Position numbers and translations under genes: made by a program
Assembly: GCF_025526975.1 (NCBI RefSeq)
Contig: NW_026515678.1
Span: forward strand, 124,001 to 188,000
Source: Fimicolochytrium jonesii
Lineage: Eukaryota
DNA: 64,000 bases
Direction of reading: 5' to 3'
Part shown: in pieces, positions 48,701 through 58,804 of the stretch
How the letters are laid out: every line of letters starts with the position of its first letter
Numbering within the stretch: position 1 is the stretch's first letter
The notes under the pieces: model-generated
Database searches by the model: none
Told to the model about the DNA's origin: nothing
What the model saw: the letters and a program-made list of their open reading frames with translations, nothing else

Positions 48701-50037
48701 ATGTCCAAAGACGCCGCAAAGCCACAAAAGAAGAACCTCGCGATTCACCTCGTTGCTGGAGGTATCGCGGGATGCTGCGAAGCATTATCATGCCATCCAT
48801 TGGACACTATCAAAGTTCGTCTTCAGCTGCGTGGAGAGCGAGGAGCAAGGAAGCCCTTGACCACGGCGGCTGGAGATGCCATGAAGGCCGCTGCTGCACA
48901 GGTAAGCGAAGGAAGGATTTGGGCGGCCCAGATTCGGATCATCAGGTCTCATGACAATGAGCTAAACGTTATACTTTACTCTCGCGTAGCCGAAGAGCCA
49001 GAATTTCATCAGTGTTGGTGTCCAAATCGCGCGGAAAGAAGGTGTTTTGTCGCTCTACAAGGGTCTTGGCGCCGTTGTGACCGGAATCGTTCCAAAAATG
49101 GCCATTCGATTCTCGTCGTTTGAGTACTTCAAGGCCAAGATGGCTGACAAGACTACCGGAAAAGTTAGCGCTGGCGGGAACTTCATGGGTGCGTTCTCGC
49201 ATGGCTGTGCTCCATGTATATGGGGAATGGTTGCTCACTGCGTACTATCATTGCTTTCATTTAGCTGGTCTGGCTGCGGGAACAACGGAAGCTGTGTTGG
49301 TGGTGACACCCATGGACGTGATCAAGATTCGCTTGCAAGCTCAGCGTCACTCCATGACCGATCCTCTGGACATTCCAAAGTACAGGAACGCTGCCCACTG
49401 CGCGTATGTGATGATTCAAGAGGAGGGTATTGCATCATTGTACAAGGGTGTCGGATTGACCGCCCTGCGACAAGGTAAACGTCGTCGCTGTTCGCTCCGC
49501 ATGGAAATGGATCACTCACCGTTTTTCCCTTACTTTTAGCCACCAACCAAGCCGCCAACTTCACCGTCTACCAATACCTCCGCAAGGTTCTGCACGAAAA
49601 GCAACCGCAATACGGCGACACCCTCCCTGCCTACCAACATCTGATCATGGGTTTCGTTTCCGGAGCATGCGGACCGTTGTTCAACGCTCCCATAGATACC
49701 ATCAAGACTAGGATTCAGAAGAACCCTTCGAAGGAGAAGGGCTGGACCCGCTTCATGTCTGTTACGACGGGGATCATTAAGAACGAGGGTTACACTGCGT
49801 TCTACAAGGGATTAACACCTCGTGTCTTGCGTGTCGCCCCCGGACAAGCGATCACATTCATGGTAAGTGGAATTTTTCCTATGCTTTCATTTGTGTGCCT
49901 CCTGTTCGGCTGGCAGTGAATTGGAACTCATCCATCGCCCTCCTCAGGTCTACGAACGCGTGTACAAGTGGTTGGTCGTGTTCGGTGAATCTTTCAAAGT
50001 TGAGGACTACAAGACCCTTGAGAGCGACGAAAACTGA
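48701..50037 (+). CDS. SFC1: Mitochondrial succinate/fumarate carrier
   Basis: CHPLDTIKVRLQL, YKGLGAVVTGIVPKMAIRFSSFE, VVTPMDVIKIRLQAQRHSMTDPLDIPKYRNAAH, ALRQATNQAANF, NAPIDTIKTRIQ, TPRVLRVAPGQAITF. Confidence 0.92.
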
Positions 50038-50744
50038 GTCTAGATTAGAGGGAGAAACGAGGAAGTCTCATCCTATACTCGCCACGATGCTCTTTTCTTA
50101 GGATAGGGTATCGGAGGGCCATTCGAACTTAGACAGGGATCCATATGCGAGCCGAGGTGGGGTCATGTATTCAGCGAGCGCTGACTTTTGGGATGAAACG
50201 ACAGGCCATATTCTATTTTCTTTTTGAATTTTGTTTCATCTGCACGTCGGCACACAGCTTGCTCCTGCATCTCGTAGGGGCTCGCGAACCATCTTTCGCC
50301 AATGAGGCTTTTTTCACGGGGCGTCCGCCGGCGTGCTTTCTTGGGATCAGTGTTGACGGGGTCTCTTCATCACCATGTCTGTGGCCCCCGAATGCCGAGC
50401 ATCACGCCGAAAGAGAGCAACACTCCTCCTTGAACGCTCGAGTCACATCGAGTTTCCGAAAATAATCTTGTTGACGTTAAACATTGTGGCGCAAACATAG
50501 CGCGCTTCTGTCTGCCAAGCTCCTACTCTGGCCCTTCCACTTCAACACTTCAAATTCACACTCCACACATTAGAATCTGGACTTTTTCTCGCATCTATTG
50601 TCCGTTGAAAGATGTTGAAATAACTCTCATACTTTCAAATTCAGCGTGCAAGGTATGTACGTCCGCAGTTCTCGTGCGGTCAGACTTCCATGTCTTTGCA
50701 TCCGCCCGGCTAACGGTAACGTATTCTTACGCAGTCAGTCCAAA

Positions 50745-51191
50745 ATGAAATCCCCGCTCGTCACCTTCCTCACCGTCCTCGCTCTCCTCTCCCTCACCCA
50801 CGCAACCGACATCAGCATCGAAATCTACACCAACTCCTCCTGCAGCACCAGGAAAGAAGTCCACACGCTCCCGCCCAACTCATGCCAACCGCAGTCCCTC
50901 CTGAGCGCCACCACCTGGTACACAATGAACTGCAACGGCACCACTGTGCAAACCTACATCTGCGTCGACGACGCGTGCGCCAACTGCGCTCTAGCTAGTG
51001 CGGAGTATGTGTCGGATGGGACGTGTCGGACGCTTGCGGGAAGTACGAGTGTTGGGGCTGGGGGGGTGGAGACTGGTGGGGTTTTTTATAAGGCGATGGG
51101 GTGTAGTGTGATTTCAATGGCGGGTCGGGTCGGGATGGGGTGGGGGTGGGCGGTTGGGGTTGGGGTGGTTGTTAGTATGGCGTTGTTGTAG
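50745..51191 (+). CDS. Small secreted cysteine-rich protein with hydrophobic C-terminus
   Basis: Signal peptide MKSPLVTFLTVLALLSLTHA, 8 cysteines in the mature part, C-terminal hydrophobic tail. Confidence 0.7.
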   Translation: MKSPLVTFLTVLALLSLTHATDISIEIYTNSSCSTRKEVHTLPPNSCQPQSLLSATTWYTMNCNGTTVQTYICVDDACANCALASAEYVSDGTCRTLAGSTSVGAGGVETGGVFYKAMGCSVISMAGRVGMGWGWAVGVGVVVSMALL

Positions 51192-51680
51192 AATGTTCTT
51201 GATTGGGGCAATCTATGAACGCAGACTGGGACATGAATCGCTGGCATTCATGGCTGGAGCTGAAGGATTTTGGGAATTCCGCAACATGGAATGGATTTTT
51301 GTGCCCTGGGATATCGTCTCACACTTGTGAAGCTGCTTTGCGTCGTCGTCTCCGAAAGTGCATTCCAGTGCGGGGATAGATCGTAGATATAGAGGGCTGG
51401 TCGGAGATGGGCGCGCTCGTAATGCATGAAGTGCACAGCCACCGGGTGCGAAATCGGACGTCCCAAAAGACCCCTCCCATCTCAGCATCTCGGCCTTTCT
51501 TCCTCTCGCCGTCCCTTCTGCTTTGACGCTAGGACCGATCCCCGTCTCCAATCGTCTCGTCGACACCTTTGGCCTCGTCACGCTCGATTGACGCGCATCG
51601 CAAATCGTAGCGGCGGGCGTTTTTTCCTTATCGCTTGCCAGATAAAATTTCACTTCCCATTCTTGGTGTAGTATCCAGCC

Positions 51681-52349
51681 ATGGTTAGACTAGGGATCTT
51701 GGCGGACACCCACATTCCCAAACGATCGAAAGAGATTCCACCCACTCTCCTCACCCATTTCCAATCTGTGGATATGATATTACATGCAGGCGACTGGGCC
51801 TCATACGAATCTTACACAATGCTCCAACAATTATTCCCCAACACCGAAATCATCGGAGTAGCAGGAAACAACGACGACGCCAGAATCCGTCACCATTTCG
51901 GATCCGCCGCAAAAGTGATCGCCGTATCCGGGGTCAAAATAGGACTCGTGCACGGGCATGAAGGAAAATCTTCCCACACCACCGAACAGCGAGCGTTTCA
52001 CGCACTGGAACATGAGCGGGTTGATGTTGTCGTGTATGGCCACTCGCATGTACCGAGCGATAGGATTGTGGATGGAGTAAGGATGTTTAATCCGGGATCG
52101 CCGACGGATAAGCGACGGCAGGCTCGGTACTCGTTTGGGGTGATGGATGTTGGGCTGGATGGGAGTGTTCATCTTGAGCATGTATATTTTGACCGGATGA
52201 AAGAAGGCTCCTCTGAGAACGCCACAGTTGAGCTGATGGAGATGCAGAGGCCCCGAAAACGGAGGTGCACACAGTGTCAGCAGGAGGGGCATAACAGACG
52301 CACATGCTCCAGTCTGCGGAGCACCAGTAGTGTTGTAGATGACCATTGA
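51681..52349 (+). CDS. YfcE/MJ0936-type metallophosphoesterase fused to a CCHC zinc knuckle, intronless
   Basis: ADTH, ILHAGD, VAGNND, LVHGH, YGHSH, FNPGSPTDKRRQ; C-terminal CTQCQQEGHNRRTC (CX2CX4HX4C). Confidence 0.88.
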   Translation: MVRLGILADTHIPKRSKEIPPTLLTHFQSVDMILHAGDWASYESYTMLQQLFPNTEIIGVAGNNDDARIRHHFGSAAKVIAVSGVKIGLVHGHEGKSSHTTEQRAFHALEHERVDVVVYGHSHVPSDRIVDGVRMFNPGSPTDKRRQARYSFGVMDVGLDGSVHLEHVYFDRMKEGSSENATVELMEMQRPRKRRCTQCQQEGHNRRTCSSLRSTSSVVDDH

Positions 52350-53780
52350 ATATAGGGGGTATGTCGACGTCCTGGCGGAGTGTATATTAAAAGGAAACGA
52401 GGTGCGTGTATTTGGTGGTTCTCAAAGAAAATATGGATTTTGATCGCATATCCTTTCGCTATTCAAATGTCTCATGCCGTTGGATGCTGCGGGTACACTT
52501 TGGAAGGTGGCGCCGCTATGGACGTCCTCAATTCCAGCATCTCAACTCATATTTACTCCGTCGAGGAGAAGCATGCCAATCATGGATACGTCGACACGAC
52601 ACTGGCGATGCGGTGGGATGTTGGTGTGAGTTCCGGCAATATCGCATCTTGACCTCCAACGTGGACCTGAGACGAGCGAGAGGACGGAAGGTCCTCTAAA
52701 ACCCTAAATAGTGGATGTCGCAGAAACCAGGAGTCGACTATAAGGTTGATTCCTGGTTTGTGCAACATCCACTATTTGCGTTCTAAGGGTGTGAAACCTT
52801 TCGCGGCTCCACGGTCCGCACTACATAACAGCGCACAGATCCCGTCGGGGTTCCACCAAAGCCAAATCGAGTCCAACATTTGCCGACGCCCGTCCGATCA
52901 TAACAGACCACGGCTGCCCTAGAGCGAAATCAGCAGCAACCCACAAATCACTAGAAAGATGCTGTCTAGAAAAACTTTTTAGCCTGGCCGCGTTTCACTG
53001 AGACATGCTGAACGACTCTGTGGTACTCACGAAACTTGGTGGTAAGGTTTGGGACGACCGGAAAAACAATCTCAGACTGTGGATTTCAGAAAACCGGCGG
53101 GTCCCGCGGCCGCATAGCCGGTGTAAAGTTCAACCCCAGTACCGTAATGGCGTCAGCTAGGAAAACTTTGGACATTTGGCGGGTAGTGCCATCCTCATCC
53201 TAAAAGTAGGTGGGGTTGCGAGTGAGGGCGCAGGTGAGAGCAAGGCCTGGGAAGAAACTTCCAAGTCAAACCGAAGAAGGGAGCAAATGAGGCAGCACAG
53301 CCACCCGCCTGCGAGGAGGGGGGTGTCGCAGTAGCCTCACCCAATTCTCACCGGTCGCTTCCCCGTGGGGAACTTTTTCAACAAGACACAACCCGCTTGA
53401 CGGTGCATTAGAAGTTCCCAACTGGAAGCCATAACCTACTACAGCACATAAACATCCAGCAACCCGACAGCACAGGAGCATATAACCGGCAGTATTCGCT
53501 TGGTCGTTTAGCAGGTCTTCATAGACATACGTAAGTGCCGTTTTCGTCCTCAAACAGATATCCGAGGGGAGCTACTTCCGTTCGTGGGAGTTTGTCCAAT
53601 GTTTTGGTGGCACTATTCCCAGAAGAGCCTGGGAGGGCGGCCCTTTTGCTGTGAGCACCAGAAGCTACCGGCTTTGAGAATATGCACTTTTGGTTGCTCC
53701 TCGTCCGCTTAACCTCATGTTAAATATGCCCTAGTCTTCTAGATCTCCGGTAAACACACCCACATATAACGTCCGCAGCC

Positions 53781-56020
53781 ATGTCTGATAGAGCAAAGAA
53801 AGCTCCTGAGCACAGGCAGCAGATGTACAAAAATCGTGGTGCTCTGAACCCGGAAGAGCACAGGCGCAGGAGGGAGGATGTCGCTGTCGAATTGCGCAAG
53901 CAGAAGCGGGAGGAGAATATCGCGAAGCGTAGGAACTTGAACATTACGAGTGACCTCTCGGAATCCGAGGATGAAGGGATGAGCTTTGGTGGCTCTGCTC
54001 CGGTAAGGATTCGGAACGAGTGTAATTGAGGAAGTGTGTGGTAATAGCGAGCGCGAGTGAGGGGAATACGAGTAGTATGGGTTTAAGGGAGCAAAGGAAC
54101 TGGAAGTGCCGGGTGGGGCGACGACGAGCGATGGAGCATGACGAGCTACACCGACCCGAATATTTGGCGAACGATAGCGAGCATCCTGATCGTATAGAGT
54201 ATGAACGAGATGTTCTAACCGAGTTCAATTTTGGATACGCAGGACATGGACGAGATGATCAGGGGGGTCTTCTCAAACGATGTGGAGGCTCAGGCCACAG
54301 CCACGGCACGATTTAGGAAACTTCTGTCTAAAGGTATGATCCTCCTATATCAGTGATTTGAGATGTTAGTCTGACGAAGCATTCTGCAGAACAAAACCCG
54401 CCCATCGAGGAAGTCATTCACGCTGGAGTCATCCCCAAATTTGTGGAGTTCCTCCGCTCCCCCAACCCGTTGTTGCAGGTGCGTGTATGACAAGGGATAA
54501 ACCTTGTTGCAGAGCTTCATATTGAACTTCATTTCCTCCGTCACAGTTTGAAGCTGCCTGGGCTTTGACCAACATCGCGTCCGGAGCTTCTCACCAGACT
54601 CAGGTCGTCATGGAGGCCGGCGCTGTCCCTATCTTCGTTGAGCTCTTGAGCTCGCAAAGTCCGGATGTCAGGGAGCAGGTATGACGGTGGTGTTCCCACG
54701 ACGCTGACAAGACCTCATTCTGATCCTTGCGTCTCTTTTAGGCGGTTTGGGCGCTTGGAAACATTGCCGGCGACAGCCCTGGATGCCGGGATTTCGTCTT
54801 GCGCGCCGGTGCTCTTCGCCCATTGTTGCACGTCGTGAACGAGCCCACCAACAAACTGTCCATGTTGCGCAATGCTACCTGGACACTCTCCAACTTCTGC
54901 CGTGGAAAGCAGCCTCAGCCGGATTGGGCCACGGTGCGTATTCATCGATATCTTTTATTTTTCTAAGCTCATCGATTTTCCTTCGCAGATCTCCCCCGCT
55001 CTCCCAATACTCGCGAAGCTGATCCACGCAAACGACGAAGAAGTCCTCACTGACGCATGCTGGGCCATTTCTTACCTGTCCGACGGAGCCAACGAGAAGA
55101 TTCAGACGGTCATTGAGACGGGTGTTTGCCGCCGTCTCGTTGAGCTGCTTCACCATCCCTCTCCCTCGGTCCAGACGCCGGCGTTGCGTTCCATTGGAAA
55201 CATCGTCACTGGTGACGACACTCAAACTCAGGTGGTCATCAGCGCGGGGGCCTTGCCCGCTCTTTTGGGACTCCTTAGCAGTCCCAAGGATGGCATCAAG
55301 AAGGAGGCTTGTTGGACCATCTCCAACGTCACTGCTGGAAATGCCGCTCAGATTCAGGTACATGGGTCGTTGTTTTAGGTTTGCCGCATACCCTTTTTAG
55401 CTCACCCATTTTTGTATTCCAGGCTATCATTGAGGCCAACCTGATCCCTCCGTTGATCAACATCCTGAACACTGGCGACTTCAAGACCAAGAAGGAGGCG
55501 TGCTGGGCGATCTCCAATGCTACATCCGGAGGTCTCCAGAGGCCTGAACAGATCAAGTATGTATACTCCTCGTCACATCCCTTGGTCTTATCTCGCGTCT
55601 CATCCCAGTTACATCAACTGACCATTATGCCATTTTTCTCCTTTGCTTAGGTACCTTGTCTCGCAAGGCTGCATCAAACCCCTCTGCGACCTCCTCGCAT
55701 CGCAAGACAACAAAATCACCCAGGTGGCTTTGGACGGGTTGGAGAACATTTTGAAGGTCGGCGACATGGAACGTGTCCAAACCCACGGGCAAAACGTGAT
55801 GGCGAACTTCATCGAGGAAGCCATGGGTGTCGACAAGATCTACAACCTCCAATTGCACGACAACGCCGAGATCTACAAGAAGGCGTACACCATCATCGAT
55901 AAGTACTTTTCGGAGGAGGATGAGGACGATACCGCCATGGCGCCGCAGATCGACCAGGCGACGGGGCAGTTCTCGTTCCCCAACACTGTCAATGTCCCCA
56001 CTGGAGGATTCGACTTCTAA
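53781..56020 (+). CDS. SRP1: Importin alpha (karyopherin alpha)
   Basis: IBB domain [30 protein letters not shown] repeats [66 protein letters not shown]. Confidence 0.97.
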
Positions 56021-56567
56021 GCCGACTCGCCTGTCGCTCGCGTCGGCTCCGTTACGCTTTGCAATTGCTGCGTGCTCCCACGTCAAGACCACATACCCTC
56101 CGGCGCTTGTCCTCCGCACCCTTCGCGACGTTCTGAAGTCTTTGCTTCATCTCTTCAGGACACTTTACTTCCTCGTTTCCCACCATCAGTCCCTGTCTCG
56201 ACCTCTTCCATGAAGCCTCCAACAATAGTGTTCATGGGCCGAACAATGCCCTCCCTCCCATACCATATCCCGTCCCCACCCCAGTTTGCAACTCTTATGT
56301 ATCGTCGCTACTTTCCCGATCCTTCCAATGCCGTTGCGCTCCCCCTGTCCCCTCCCTCCCCTCTCTGTGTCCCCACTCCCTCCCACTAGCCTGCCAAACT
56401 TCCCCAAATGCATTCAAAAAAAGTACAAATCAACCATAAATGCGTACCCTTGCAAGCAGAGAAGCTGCTCACGACTGACTACTCTAGAGAGTCTACACCA
56501 GGTTGGCAAACAAATCGGGAACTCGAGGATTGACCAGTGCCGAATCGTACGCCAGACTCTCTATCAT

Positions 56568-56994
56568 TCAAGCACTCCACACATTCTCAAATTGCTCGAA
56601 CTTAGCCCGAAGTCCAGTCGCTTCCACCATCATCTCTTCCAGCGTCCTCGGCTTCCTTTCGTCATTATCCACTCCCTTCTTGTCCTTTGCTCCTTTACTG
56701 AGTCCCACGTTCATTTCTTTCTCTTTCTTATCAATTTCCGGGTAGATATCATCGTTATTGGCCTAATCACCGTTCACTCGTGGGATAATGTGGACATGGA
56801 AGTGCGGTACCGTTTGGCCGGCCATCGATCCATCCTGAAGGTCGGATTGCCCATCATGAGATTGATCCCCGCAGCACAGTCAATAACATCGACATCCTTA
56901 CCTGTAGTGTAATCGTCAAAGATTCACCCTTATACTCCTTCTCCACAACAGCCCCGACCTTTTGAGCCGTGAGGAACATGTCCTTGACTTCATC
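56568..56994 (-). pseudogene. FHIT: 5'-truncated FHIT/HNT2 (dinucleoside triphosphate hydrolase, HIT family) remnant with an in-frame stop
   Basis: DEVKDMFLTAQKVGAVVEKEYKGESLTITLQ|DGSMAGQTVPHFHVHIIPRVNGD*ANNDDIY...RKPRTLEEMMVEA. HIT motif HxHxH, intron 56835-56901, TAG at 56763-56765; the N-terminal third was not found. Confidence 0.85.
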
Positions 56995-57047
56995 CAAAAA
57001 CAAAAGAAAAGTGCCTAACCCTATAGCCCCCTACGCCTACGCCTACG

Positions 57048-58118
57048 TCATGAGCCTCCGTTGTACGCCTCCTCTGCGCCCGGTACCATCTTATTCGGGT
57101 TGATCATCTTCAAAAGCGCCTTCCGCGGATCCTGCCCGTCATACATGGCACTCAACGGTTTCCTGAAATCCAATTTCTTAATCAACTCCTGAAACTCCGG
57201 TTTCGGAATCCTAGTCGTCCCCACCAAGCCCTCGTATTCCGCTTCCACCTTTACCCTGTCCGCGGCATACTTCCGGTCTATATTCTCCCAGATGGCGCGC
57301 ACCCACGACATAAACTCGTCAGGGATACGTTCCTTCTCGCAGAGATCCTCGAACGTCGGTACACCCGCGGTGTAGAGGTCGAGTACCCGTCGTGGAGTGA
57401 GTTTGCGAGCGATGCGGTCGAGATCGAGGTATCGCGCGAATTTGACCTTGATTCGCAGGCCAGTAGTGAAACGCACGACGTAGCCTTCTTCGTTGAGTGT
57501 GTTGTGGGCCCGTAGATCCGCTATAATGGTGAAGGAGTCGATATTGATTGATGGCACAAGTTCGACACCGGATCGCCGCATCAGCGTCGTGAGTGATGTC
57601 CGATCCACCTCCACGCCGTCGCGATGGAAGGCAGCGAGGAAGACTAGTTTCCGGTCGGAGCCATAGTCGACAATGATGCGGTTTTCCGGGTGCACGAGTT
57701 CGAAACTGTACGCCAGGTCCGCGTCCAGGTGGTCGACCAACGTCGGATACCGTTCGTTGAGAAGCTGCGAGGCCAATCCCGCCTGCGGGCTGTCGAAGGC
57801 GCCGCGGGAGGCCATGATCCACTCCCCCTTATAACAAAACAAAACCACTAAGCTCCCATCGACCTTCTTCTCCACGGCAAACTCCGGCGTAGATTCATAT
57901 GGCCGTTCGGGTTCGTTGAAGAATTTAGGGAAAGAGCGGGCGACGATGGTACCATTCGTGTCGGTGATGAGACCGCGGCATGCGAGGGTTATATCGTCCC
58001 ATAGTTTTTTGGCTTGCGTTATCTCGGTGTAGTTCCAGATGAAGAGCGGGAGGGTTTTATGCGGGTGACGTTTGAGGCGTTTTTCTTTGACGTACCGGTT
58101 CAGGACGGTGATGTCCAT
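57048..58118 (-). CDS. T4 Rnl1-family ATP-dependent RNA ligase, intronless
   Basis: 356 aa: N-terminal WNYT..CRGLI..IVARSFPKFFN; nucleotidyltransferase motifs I EKKVDGS, Ia SRGAF, III FELVHPENRIIVDY, IV EGYVVRF, V RIKVKF. Confidence 0.88.
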   Translation of the reverse strand: MDITVLNRYVKEKRLKRHPHKTLPLFIWNYTEITQAKKLWDDITLACRGLITDTNGTIVARSFPKFFNEPERPYESTPEFAVEKKVDGSLVVLFCYKGEWIMASRGAFDSPQAGLASQLLNERYPTLVDHLDADLAYSFELVHPENRIIVDYGSDRKLVFLAAFHRDGVEVDRTSLTTLMRRSGVELVPSINIDSFTIIADLRAHNTLNEEGYVVRFTTGLRIKVKFARYLDLDRIARKLTPRRVLDLYTAGVPTFEDLCEKERIPDEFMSWVRAIWENIDRKYAADRVKVEAEYEGLVGTTRIPKPEFQELIKKLDFRKPLSAMYDGQDPRKALLKMINPNKMVPGAEEAYNGGS

Positions 58119-58530
58119 GGCGGGCGCTACCGAGTCGAGTGGAATTACGAATGCTGGTTGTAAGTTGGTGTACGCTGAATCCTATACTTCGTGCTTGTGT
58201 CGCATGTATTTCGTTGAGTTCGTTTTTATGGGATCCGGAAGGGAAGGACGGAAGGACAGGAAACCCTTCTGAGTCTAGTGAGTCATCACGTAAGCAGAAA
58301 CGCGTAAACAACGCGTCCAACTCACTCCCCTATCTACTATTTCGTATTTTGAACAGCGGAGAAGTCCCGTGGGGAGAGAGAAAAGATCCACCTGTGTAAA
58401 CACCTGTTCCGTAGCACATGACGGCATAGCATAGGCACTGTGTTCCCCTAGCATATCCTACCCTTGGCGCCAGCTAGGTTTGGCACCGAGTACTCTTGAA
58501 TGGAAAGTATTCTGAAGACTGAACATCTGC

Positions 58531-58560
58531 GACAACGACGACGACGACGACGACGACTAC
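58531..58560 (+). repeat. (GAC)n microsatellite
   Basis: gacaacgacgacgacgacgacgacgactac read directly. Confidence 0.85.
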
Positions 58561-58804
58561 GCCGACAATGACCGCTACTCCCGCTTTCCGCCTCATCAGC
58601 CCCTCTACCTACACGACGACGCAATACCCATCCCCGGTCGTATCTATTCAATGCGACCATCCCAACCGCCGTGCAGAAACAAAGTCAATCCATGCCACCC
58701 GCCCACTCTCCATCCATCCATCCTCCCACCTCCCTCCGCACGCCCCGTAATCTTCCACAGAAGCATCGGACGTCTTACATGCCCCGCAGACTCAAATCCC
58801 TCCA

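Noticed and set aside
54003..54242. Degenerate GCGAGC motifs in the long first intron of importin alpha (also near 31330)
   Set aside because: Too short and divergent to assign to the intronic repeat family by eye.
56763..56765. TAG reassignment or recoding to explain the FHIT internal stop
   Set aside because: Several intact genes here (CSTF2, PPWD1, PMM) end in TAG, and the FHIT fragment also lacks its 5' end.
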